Virus record (IMG/VR): IMGVR_UViG_3300008111_000001
Origin: a virus
DNA: 64,000 bases
Direction: 5' to 3' (one strand)
Below, piece after piece: positions 1-7,403 of this stretch; the stretch's first letter is position 1, and every line of letters begins with the position of its first letter. A model generated the notes under the pieces. That model was not told the origin of the DNA. It did no database searches and saw nothing but the letters and a program-made list of their open reading frames with translations. Both the position numbers and the translations under genes were made by a program.

Positions 1-1
1 C

Positions 2-439
2 GAACTGCTGGAAGAAGTACGGCATACCATCCGTGAGGTTCAGACCAATCTTGCGAGCGGTTTCCAAGAACTGCTCACGAGTGATCTTGTTCATGGACTT
101 CTCGTTGATTGCAGCAGTGAGAACATCGATGATATTCATCTTCTCACCGTCCAACGTCACAAACAAGTCCATACGCACAGGACGCATGATGCCGGTAACC
201 AGGAAGTATTCCTTGCCAGTGTTCGGGCTGATCTGCTTGAGAAGGGTCAGGCGAGTCAGCTTGGCATCGTGAAGAACAGCCGAAGCCGGCACTTCAATGC
301 CATTGATGCTGCCCTTGAAGGAAATCTCGCGTCCAACACGAAGCGTGTTTGTCTTGCCAGTTGACTCGAACATTTCCGGGGTGTCGGCCACGGCAGAGAA
401 CAAGTCAAAATCAATATTGAAATCAGTAAAGATACTCAT
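2..439 (-). CDS. hypothetical protein, 3' end runs off the window
   Basis: Read by hand: ATG at 439-437, open to the window edge (MSIFTDFNIDFDLFSAVADTPEMFESTGKT...), strongly biased codons (AAG, TTC, ATC). Not in the ORF track because it has no stop in the window. Confidence 0.8.
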   Translation of the reverse strand, partial: MSIFTDFNIDFDLFSAVADTPEMFESTGKTNTLRVGREISFKGSINGIEVPASAVLHDAKLTRLTLLKQISPNTGKEYFLVTGIMRPVRMDLFVTLDGEKMNIIDVLTAAINEKSMNKITREQFLETARKIGLNLTDGMPYFFQQF

Positions 440-564
440 AGTGTGTTTGTTTCCTTTTGCTAAGTTTACTTACAGTGTTTTTCTAAAGGGACTATTTGAT
501 TTTATTTATTTGTTGAAACCTGGAGAAGGGCCTGTGATAGACCCAACTCCAGGTTTCTGTATGT

Positions 565-717
565 TCAGCTGTCCGACGAGACGCCGGCGTTGAACCCATT
601 CTTGAACTGGTTCTTTGCGGAAGAAAGACCATTCTTGGTCTTTGTAGGAGCTGCCTTGGTAGCAGACACCAACTTGCCGGTCACTTTGCCAGTCTTTTGA
701 ATAATGTTCAGCTTCAT
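565..717 (-). CDS. small basic protein (50 aa, MKLNIIQKTGKVTGKLVS...)
   Basis: Read by hand; AAGAAGGT RBS-like sequence upstream; stem-loop (CCTGGAG...CTCCAGG) after the stop. Confidence 0.6.
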   Translation of the reverse strand: MKLNIIQKTGKVTGKLVSATKAAPTKTKNGLSSAKNQFKNGFNAGVSSDS

Positions 718-786
718 GCTGTTACCTTCTTTCTGTTTTGTGGTTAACTATCTCCAAAGATGGAGTCGATAAGATCAAAGAACCAT

Positions 787-802
787 CCGAACAATAGTTC
801 GA
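787..802. promoter_or_regulatory. LexA/SOS-box-like palindrome CCGAAC-AATA-GTTCGA
   Basis: One mismatch to the actinobacterial SOS box TCGAAC-N4-GTTCGA; intergenic, upstream of the 565-717 gene. Confidence 0.45.
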
Positions 803-805
803 ACA

Positions 806-1015
806 TCAGGCTTCTTTGCGGGTGTTACGTCGAGCCCAATCGCTTGACTCTTGAATCGCTTGCTTGAGAAGCTCTTCCTTTTCAGCCATAGCGAGGATCA
901 TGCTCTTCAAGTCGCCTTCTGCTTCATAGATCCTGATCGCAGCTTCGACTTGATGCAACATTTCCATTGTTTTGTAGTCACAGCGAGGCCGTGGCATTGT
1001 CATGTTTGCTTGCAT
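806..1015 (-). CDS. hypothetical helical protein (69 aa)
   Basis: ORF track; same orientation as its neighbours; AAGGAG upstream. Confidence 0.65.
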   Translation of the reverse strand: MQANMTMPRPRCDYKTMEMLHQVEAAIRIYEAEGDLKSMILAMAEKEELLKQAIQESSDWARRNTRKEA

Positions 1016-1517
1016 GCTTTCTCCTTTGTTTGTGCTGCAGGTCTTAGGACTCGCAGCTATTTTTTAGAATGTGAAACCATTGGCGCCAGTGGTCCACCCG
1101 CTGATATGTGAGCGAGTGGAACCACCGGGAGGCGCCATGCGAATAGCCCAGTTGGTAATGCGTACACTACCTTAGGGGGACTGGGTGCTCCCGTTGCATA
1201 CTGGCTGATCAGGCCGAACAATATATTCTTTGGACATCCGTATACAAGAGCCCTCTAGTTAAAATAGTCGATGTAGTCCTGAACTAGAACCATACTACAC
1301 CTGTTTCCTTATATCGCTTTATTGCGAGCAGATTCTTACTGCATCGGAGTTCTATATTATGACAGGATCGAATCATAATATATATCCCAAAGAGAGTTAT
1401 CCAGACTCTCAATCCATTTTTCCGATTTAGAATCGGCCAGGACACACACTGGTATGTGCGCGGGTACTCGTTACCTCCCCAGTGTTACCTGGGGAACGCA
1501 CTAGGCTTAAAACCTGT

Positions 1518-1640
1518 TTATACTCGCCTAGTCGAGTTTTTCGCCCACGCTTCTAGCAGACCCAAGGTTAGGCCGAAGAACAAGCTTTTCTTCCAATGTT
1601 TGCGTTGAAACGTTCTGATATCACGAAAGTATTCTCTCAT
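1518..1640 (-). CDS. small hypothetical protein (40 aa, MREYFRDIRTFQRKHWKKSLFFGLTLGLLEAW...)
   Basis: Read by hand; ATG 2 nt after the stop of 1643-1948; hydrophobic stretch. Confidence 0.4.
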   Translation of the reverse strand: MREYFRDIRTFQRKHWKKSLFFGLTLGLLEAWAKNSTRRV

Positions 1641-1642
1641 GA

Positions 1643-1948
1643 TCAGACCGCCCGCGCAAATGAAGTCTGCTTGGGACGTGTTTCATTGAAGGCATTACGA
1701 CATGCTTCAATGGCTTCATCACGATCCAGGTAATGAACCTTGGAAAGATCTCCCATGTCATTGACATAGGCGTACTTCTTCCATCCGTTGTATCGGAGCA
1801 CGACGAGGTGACCGGCACGCTTTCGTCCAACCATGATCGGCTTTCCGTAAAGACGACGATTCGTGATAGCCGACTTGACGTGATATTGAATTGTGTAGGC
1901 GCTGAATCCCAAGAGGAACACGGCGCACGTCCAAACAATTTGCATCAT
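1643..1948 (-). CDS. hypothetical protein with N-terminal hydrophobic segment
   Basis: ORF track; AAGGAG RBS; N-terminal TM-like IVWTCAVFLLGFSAY. Confidence 0.7.
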   Translation of the reverse strand: MMQIVWTCAVFLLGFSAYTIQYHVKSAITNRRLYGKPIMVGRKRAGHLVVLRYNGWKKYAYVNDMGDLSKVHYLDRDEAIEACRNAFNETRPKQTSFARAV

Positions 1949-2208
1949 TTCTATTTCTCCTTATAGGGCTAGATAGTTTTTACAACTTTTTTATAACTAT
2001 AAGCCCCCTGACACACCCGAAGGCATGCCAGGGGGACTTACGGGGAGCTAGGAGCTCTCTCGTTACTCCCACCCGAGAGATCAAGCAGTTTTACGACATG
2101 CTTAGGTCGTGTGCAGGGCATCTACGAGTTCTCATACCTGCGTTTGAGAACACCGCCATTTCCCAATGAAATGGATTTATGCAGTTTAACGACGTGCAGG
2201 TCGTTTGG

Positions 2209-2352
2209 TCAGCGATCCGTGTGAATGAGTCGCTCTTCGAGGACGCATGCCTCGGCGTGGAGACGAAGGGATTCCGCGATGCTGTTGGCATTTCTTGCTG
2301 CCTCGCGAAGTTCCTTGATCTTTGTTTCCATGGTTTCTTGCTGGTCGCTCAT
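2209..2352 (-). CDS. small helical protein (47 aa, MSDQQETMETKIKELREAA...)
   Basis: Read by hand; AGGAGG RBS; ATGA overlap with the upstream gene. Confidence 0.65.
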   Translation of the reverse strand: MSDQQETMETKIKELREAARNANSIAESLRLHAEACVLEERLIHTDR

Positions 2353-2525
2353 GATTGAGCCTCCTTGTTTGTTGTGATTCGTTGACCCATGTTGCTCTTG
2401 TGGAGCTCCATCTTTCGGAGCAGCTCTCGCACCACAGAGAGGATTTGGCTAGAGCCTCCTCCTTCTCGCATCAGCATTTCGCTGAAGATGCGTTCTGCGC
2501 TTTCACGCATTTCTTTGTCGTTCAT
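2349..2525 (-). CDS. small protein (58 aa, MNDKEMRESAERIFSEML...), paralog of 2848-3006
   Basis: Read by hand; GGAGG RBS; translationally coupled on both sides. Confidence 0.7.
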   Translation of the reverse strand: MNDKEMRESAERIFSEMLMREGGGSSQILSVVRELLRKMELHKSNMGQRITTNKEAQS

Positions 2526-2851
2526 GATTCCTCCTTATTCGTTGGGCATTTTCCGTCAATCAGAAATCGACGGGATCTGATACAACCGTAGTCATCCATA
2601 CGGTTTGCGACTTTCTGATAGTGACGCTTGTCACCAATTATGCGAATGTAGGGCTTACCGGTTATTCCACCGATAACCCTTCCGATACCCCAAGAGATAT
2701 CTGATAGTTCATCCAAGAGTTCGCTTTTAGAACGAACCTCAAACAACTCCCAAAGTTCTCCGACTTTCTTTCCATCTACGAGTCGCCGGCTAAACAAATC
2801 AGCCAAACCACCGCGAACAGATTTCTTGTTCATGCAATTACACCAAATCAT
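2522..2851 (-). CDS. hypothetical protein (109 aa)
   Basis: ORF track; ATGA coupling with both neighbours. Confidence 0.7.
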   Translation of the reverse strand: MIWCNCMNKKSVRGGLADLFSRRLVDGKKVGELWELFEVRSKSELLDELSDISWGIGRVIGGITGKPYIRIIGDKRHYQKVANRMDDYGCIRSRRFLIDGKCPTNKEES

Positions 2852-3006
2852 TTCTCAACCCTTCCCATGTCTGAAGGGTATCCGATCTGTATTGCAGCAC
2901 AAAGAGCTTGTGCTTTTTCTGTAATAGCAGGAGAGAATCCGCCTTTACGCTTTCTCATTTCACTGAGAATTGCTTCAGCAGCTTCTTGAATTTCCTTATT
3001 GGTCAT
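2848..3006 (-). CDS. small protein (52 aa, MTNKEIQEAAEAILSEM...), paralog of 2349-2525
   Basis: Read by hand; GGGAGG RBS; N-terminal helix similar to 2349-2525. Confidence 0.7.
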   Translation of the reverse strand: MTNKEIQEAAEAILSEMRKRKGGFSPAITEKAQALCAAIQIGYPSDMGRVEK

Positions 3007-3318
3007 GATCGCCTCCCAGCGTTCGTAGGTCTAAGCGCTTTTTAGAACTTTTTGAAAGCTCGCGTATTCAACGACCCTGTCAGAACTACCGCGGTACCAC
3101 GATAGCTCTGACAGAAGTCGTCTAGTCATTGTGATTGAAGCAGATTGATGCCTGCTGACAGCAATGACACTGTCTCCTCACTCGGAAACCGAAGACTCAA
3201 TCACTGCTATTCTGTAGCCAGTGATTGCTTGAGGATGTCGGAAGAGGAACTAGATGGTATTTTTTTGATGCTGAGACAGCCGGGAACCCCGAAGGGTCCC
3301 CGACTGCTCGCGTGTGGC

Positions 3319-3690
3319 TCAGATGTCTCCGAGGTTTCCCTCATCGTTCTTTCCGAGCTCGGTCGCCCAGGTGGGCGTGTTGGCCATCCGGAAGTAGATG
3401 GCGGTCTGCTTGACTTCCTCGCCGGCCTTGTTGGTCCAGCTCTCCTCGCGGACCCCGGAGGTTCCATCCGTGAAGACCACCGGGTTGAACTCGGCGGTCA
3501 GGGTGAGGATGTGGTCGGTTCCCTTCAGCTCGGTGAGCTTCTTGGCGACCTTGAGAGCCACGACGGGCGTGGTGCGGATGGTGACCTTGTCAGCCTGCTC
3601 GGTGTGACCGAGAGGGGTGACCAACAGGTTCCCAAACTCTCCGAATGCACCCTTTGCGGTGCCGGCCCAGTTGACCTGGAACTTCTTCAT
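3319..3690 (-). CDS. putative OB-fold/SSB-like protein, paralog 1
   Basis: GVREESWTNKAGEEVKQTAIYF resembles the SSB beta4-beta5 hairpin; acidic tail DEGNLGDI; AAGGAGG RBS. Confidence 0.5.
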   Translation of the reverse strand: MKKFQVNWAGTAKGAFGEFGNLLVTPLGHTEQADKVTIRTTPVVALKVAKKLTELKGTDHILTLTAEFNPVVFTDGTSGVREESWTNKAGEEVKQTAIYFRMANTPTWATELGKNDEGNLGDI

Positions 3691-3891
3691 GTTGCCTCCT
3701 TAGGCTTAGTGGGACCCAGGTGAAATCCTAGTTCAATCCCATAACTTGAGTTTAGAATACGGACTAATGATGCCCGCAAACTAAAGACTAGGGTTCTAGT
3801 CCAAAAACTATATAACTTTAATTATAAATCTATCACTTTGTTAAAGTCCTTATCCCGGGGAGTAAACACCCCCCGGGACCAGACGTTGGCA

Positions 3892-4098
3892 TCAGAACAA
3901 TGTGGGCTGTGAGTCCCTTAGTTCTTGTTTCTGCTTCCTCACCTTCTTAGAGGCTTGGATAGCATTTCTGCGGGCCTTGCACTTATTGCAGATGAATACG
4001 TGACCTTCATTGGGAAAGCGCCCCAAATAGGTCAGTTCACCCTTATAGTGAAATTCCCCGCAATAATCACAATTGCGGTTGTCATAGTTATAAGCCAT
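3892..4098 (-). CDS. small C4 zinc-finger protein
   Basis: CDYC...CNKC pairs, basic C-terminus; GGGAG RBS. Confidence 0.7.
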   Translation of the reverse strand: MAYNYDNRNCDYCGEFHYKGELTYLGRFPNEGHVFICNKCKARRNAIQASKKVRKQKQELRDSQPTLF

Positions 4099-4298
4099 GA
4101 CTCTCCCTTCTATCCTTTACTTTTGTTTCAAGGACTATGGTATAAATTGATATTTGTGGGACTATCTCTTTCAAAAAAACTCCTTTCTCCCCCACCCCGA
4201 AGCCCGAAGGCCCCGAGGCAGGGGATAGTGGTTTGGCCCCTTATGTTCCCAGGCTGGGGATGGCCCGGTCGTCCGTGTCACGACAGTGTTCCCTCTGG

Positions 4299-4547
4299 TC
4301 AGGCCGGACGTGCCAGCTTGAGACCGAAGCTCTTGATGAGCTCGTTGGCCTCAGCCTTAGCAGCGTCGTCCGACTGCGCCTTCAGGGCGTGCTTCTTCCA
4401 CTCGGTGGACGAAGTCGCCTTGAGGATCAGCCGGTAGCTCCTCTCAGCCAGGCGTACCTCACGGTACAACTGTGCGCGGACGAGCCTGCCGGACTCAGTG
4501 TGGACAAGCATTTGCTCCTTGCCCAGCTGGGTCTTGGTGATCGACAT
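4299..4547 (-). CDS. hypothetical protein (82 aa)
   Basis: ORF track; perfect AGAAAGGAGGTG RBS. Confidence 0.8.
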   Translation of the reverse strand: MSITKTQLGKEQMLVHTESGRLVRAQLYREVRLAERSYRLILKATSSTEWKKHALKAQSDDAAKAEANELIKSFGLKLARPA

Positions 4548-4578
4548 GTTGGTTTCACCTCCTTTCTTTGGTGAGAGA

Positions 4579-4625
4579 ATCTGACTGGGTGTCTATCCTC
4601 AAAGAGAAAACCCCCTTGATAGGGG
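4579..4625 (-). promoter_or_regulatory. early cassette copy A (hairpin + T-tract + GAGGATAGAC)
   Basis: Core CTATCCTC on + strand at 4593-4600; CCCCT-TGAT-AGGGG stem adjacent; 36 bp identical to 5285-5320. Confidence 0.8.
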
Positions 4626-4671
4626 GCTTCTCCTTGTCCAACGGTTGACCGCTCACCGTCGGAATTGTGGA

Positions 4672-5076
4672 TCAGGCGTCTCCGAGGTTTCCTTCCTCGT
4701 CCAGATCAGTCTGGTCGAGGTTGGCGATCTCGTTGACACCCTGGTGAATGAAGTACTTGGGAGTATCCACCATCTTGAAGTAGACGGCCGTCTGGTTGAC
4801 GACCGCACCCTTCTTGTTGGTGAAAGTCTCCTTACGGACTCCACTGACGCCACCGACCTCGGTGAAGGCCAGGGTCACGGTCATACCGCGCTTGTTCCCG
4901 TCCTCCATCTTCTTTGCGATGGCCTTGGCAGTCGTCGGCTTGCAACGGACCACGACCCTGTCGGCGGGGTTCTTGGCGCCGATGAAGTTGACGAGCAACT
5001 CCCCGAACTCTCCGAACTTACCGACCTTGGCCATGGCCATGTTGATGACCACGATTGCGTTGATGATGTTGTCCAT
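4672..5076 (-). CDS. putative OB-fold/SSB-like protein, paralog 2
   Basis: Start moved to ATG 5076 (GGAGGT RBS). Shares GxFGEFGxLLV, ADxVxxR, SGVRxExxTNKxG, QTAxYFxMxxTP and EGNLGD with 3319-3690. Confidence 0.5.
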   Translation of the reverse strand: MDNIINAIVVINMAMAKVGKFGEFGELLVNFIGAKNPADRVVVRCKPTTAKAIAKKMEDGNKRGMTVTLAFTEVGGVSGVRKETFTNKKGAVVNQTAVYFKMVDTPKYFIHQGVNEIANLDQTDLDEEGNLGDA

Positions 5077-5284
5077 GTGGACCTCCATCGTTGGTGTCTC
5101 GGCTTAACGTACCGGACGTGGTTATCACGTTTCCATGGTGTTCTTACCTTCTGGCTGAGCGAATATGTGGCTCAGTTCCCCATTAGGTCCCACTCACATG
5201 GTTTGTGGGTCGGTAGTTGTGCGATGTCTTGGCCCTACGGCCCTTTCCCTAACGAGGGGTGACTAACGCACGGTCACCTGGAGG

Positions 5285-5384
5285 ATCTGACTGGGTGTCT
5301 ATCCTCAAAGAGAAAACCCCAGAACTCGCATGAATTACACACCCATCGGTGCGCCCTTCGGATTCATACGAGTCCCGGGGTTTT
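5285..5384 (-). promoter_or_regulatory. early cassette copy B with long hairpin
   Basis: Core at 5299-5306; stem AAAACCCC..ACTCG..ATGAAT / ATTCAT..CGAGT..GGGGTTTT spans 5313-5384. Confidence 0.8.
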
Positions 5385-5521
5385 CCCGTAAATAAAACAC
5401 ACAATAATTCACTTATACTTATATAAGGCAGGTAACCAATGCCAACTTCATATAAGCTATTATCTTTAGTCGTGTGTTGCGACTTCCCAGATTACTGCTG
5501 GTTCAGTGAGTCGACTTGCCA

Positions 5522-5794
5522 TCACGGCAGCTCGATGATGTCACCGGGCCGGATCACAGTGCCATAAGCCTGTGTCAGCTGGTAACGTGCAGCGAGCATG
5601 TCTCCGTCGCAATGCTTTGCAGCAATGCCCCAGAGAGTGTCTCCCTGATAAACCGTAATGGTACGGTCTTGGCAAGTGAACGAGGGACTCGCCACTTCCT
5701 TGACCATGCCATATCCGGCTGTCAGAAAGATCACCGTGAGGGCAGCCACGAGAATACGCCTGAAAACGTACACTCGCTTGGGCAGCCTCTGCAT
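5522..5794 (-). CDS. membrane-anchored LysM protein (YneA/ChiZ-like)
   Basis: Start at ATG 5794 (GAAAGGGAGG RBS); basic patch + TM (RVYVFRRILVAALTVIFL); C-terminal LysM (ITVYQGDTLWGIA...IRPGDIIELP). Confidence 0.75.
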   Translation of the reverse strand: MQRLPKRVYVFRRILVAALTVIFLTAGYGMVKEVASPSFTCQDRTITVYQGDTLWGIAAKHCDGDMLAARYQLTQAYGTVIRPGDIIELP

Positions 5795-5861
5795 GATGCC
5801 TCCCTTTCTCCCAGCGGATTGGTTAAATCCTTTTGTACTGGGACCGTAGGTAGACCCGGTT

Positions 5862-5908
5862 GGTCTATCCTCAAAAAAGGAAGTTCCCAGGGATTTCTCC
5901 CCAGGAAC
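5862..5908 (-). promoter_or_regulatory. early cassette copy C
   Basis: Core at 5865-5872; GTTCC/GGAAC and GGGA/TCCC stem, GAAA loop on the minus strand. Confidence 0.8.
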
Positions 5909-5919
5909 AACCTTTTTCG

Positions 5920-6297
5920 TTAGGCTTCCCACCTTTCTCTCATGCGCTGCACCATTTCAGGTGAAACGCCGTGGATGTTACCGTAGGACCCGGTGCACAC
6001 GATTATCTCGTGATCTACACCAAGCTCTTGCGCTAAGTCAATATACTTAGCAAACTCCCACGTCCGGGTGAACGTGTTAGCCACAGCTACCACTGGGGTA
6101 CCTGCAACAAGAGCTTCTCGCACCGCTTGAAAGCACTTTTCGTGCACTTCAGCGAGGCGAGAATGATCGAATTCGTACTTACCCGAAGCGTCTACCATAT
6201 AGGTATCTGCTTCAAAGCACGCATTGGGTGCCATCTCGGCAGCCAACGTACTTTTACCCGAACCGGGTAAGCCACGAATGATTAGGAGCTTTGTCAT
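5920..6297 (-). CDS. P-loop kinase/ATPase (AAA_33, N4BP2/PNK-like)
   Basis: Start at ATG 6297; IIRGLPGSGKST Walker A; VANTFT and NIHGV motifs typical of this family. Confidence 0.85.
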   Translation of the reverse strand: MTKLLIIRGLPGSGKSTLAAEMAPNACFEADTYMVDASGKYEFDHSRLAEVHEKCFQAVREALVAGTPVVAVANTFTRTWEFAKYIDLAQELGVDHEIIVCTGSYGNIHGVSPEMVQRMRERWEA

Positions 6298-6329
6298 TGC
6301 TCCCTCTCCTTTCTTGGACTGGCCTGGGT

Positions 6330-6384
6330 GGCCTATCCTCAAAAAAGGAAGTTTCCCCCAGGGCCCGAAGACCCCAGGGGAAAC
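6330..6384 (-). promoter_or_regulatory. early cassette copy D
   Basis: Core at 6333-6340; stem with C(UUCG)G loop and G-U pairs on the minus strand. Confidence 0.8.
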
Positions 6385-6399
6385 AGTGTTACCCACCTC

Positions 6400-6681
6400 T
6401 CAGAGGTAGGTAACATCCTGGAGAATCCCATTAGGGACATCCAGGAGTGGAAAGAGGAGACGAATCCCCTCTTTCATGTAACCCTTATGCACAATGGCGA
6501 ACAGGGCGGGGATTTCCCCATCCTGTCCACCAATGTGGGTCAGGGTTACCTCGTCAGCCAATTGGCCAACGAGACCTTCGTGACCCGGGATTTCCCGGAC
6601 CACAAAGGTTTGTCCTTCATGAGGAATGAACCCCACAAAGGACGTTGAGGTGGTTGCCCACCATTGGATGTCGAGTTTCAT
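6400..6681 (-). CDS. hypothetical protein (93 aa, MKLDIQWWATT...)
   Basis: Start at ATG 6681 with AAGGAGGT RBS, inside the longer track ORF 6400-6969. Confidence 0.75.
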   Translation of the reverse strand: MKLDIQWWATTSTSFVGFIPHEGQTFVVREIPGHEGLVGQLADEVTLTHIGGQDGEIPALFAIVHKGYMKEGIRLLFPLLDVPNGILQDVTYL

Positions 6682-6746
6682 CTCGACCTCCTTTGCCACT
6701 TCGCCGGGATGGCTAGGCTGTGGCTCAAGCCTAGGGAAAGACCATT

Positions 6747-6812
6747 GGTCTATCCTCAAAAAAAGAAGTTTCCCCGAGGACCAGCATTTCTGCCAATCCC
6801 CGGGGAAAACAA
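6747..6812 (-). promoter_or_regulatory. early cassette copy E
   Basis: Core at 6750-6757; GTTTCCCCG...CGGGGAAAAC stem, GAAA loop on the minus strand. Confidence 0.8.
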
Positions 6813-6814
6813 CC

Positions 6815-7273
6815 CTAGACGAAATCTGGACCTTCATCCTCCTCTCCATCCCAGTTATCCTGGGATTCGTCATCATTGATTTGCAGCAGCATAGAGAAGA
6901 GAGAGAATCCTTTCCACAGGTCCTCCCCACCGATGTTCTCCTCTGCCAATGGCCACTCGGGGCATTCACCCTCAGCAGCCATCTGACATTCCACCGACCA
7001 CCACTCGGGGATTACCCGAATGGAGTACAAGTCATCGGCGTACAGTTTCACTGGTCCGCCCATGAGGGAGATCTCTTCCATCTCCTCCTTGTTCAGAGCC
7101 CAGATCGTCCCCGCAGGAGCATCTTCCCGTGAGAAGATGATCTGTCCATCCTCCAGGTATGACCTGGCAATGGCCTTCTGCCAACCGGTCCCGATGCCCA
7201 GGGTTACCTGAGTAATTGCTTCACCATCCCAAATAATGGAGATGGTTCCACTGTACTCTGTCGTGAACTGCAT
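6815..7273 (-). CDS. hypothetical acidic protein (152 aa)
   Basis: ORF track; GAAAGGT RBS; sits between cassettes E and F. Confidence 0.75.
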   Translation of the reverse strand: MQFTTEYSGTISIIWDGEAITQVTLGIGTGWQKAIARSYLEDGQIIFSREDAPAGTIWALNKEEMEEISLMGGPVKLYADDLYSIRVIPEWWSVECQMAAEGECPEWPLAEENIGGEDLWKGFSLFSMLLQINDDESQDNWDGEEDEGPDFV

Positions 7274-7307
7274 GACTACCTTTCCGACCTGTTACTTGTT
7301 GTTCGCA

Positions 7308-7364
7308 GGTCTATTGTCAAAAAAGAAAGTTTCCCCGAGGACCTTTCGATCCCCGGGGAAAACA
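7308..7364 (-). promoter_or_regulatory. early cassette copy F (variant core GACAATAGAC)
   Basis: CTATTGTC at 7311-7318; hairpin base nearly identical to copy E. Confidence 0.7.
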
Positions 7365-7403
7365 ATCCCATTGCTCATCTGGTGGACTCATCACCAGGAA
7401 TGA

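Noticed and set aside
530-545. Extra cassette copy (GTGATAGACC)
   Set aside because: Opposite orientation, lacks the T-tract, and lies inside the terminator-like stem of the 565-717 gene; probably chance.
1081-1137. tRNA (minus strand ends in GGCGCCA)
   Set aside because: Folds as one long hairpin; no D-loop, anticodon arm or TTC-GA T-loop.
5090-5200. Hammerhead or pistol ribozyme (GAAAC after a stem)
   Set aside because: No CUGANGA core and no pistol pseudoknot consensus in either copy.
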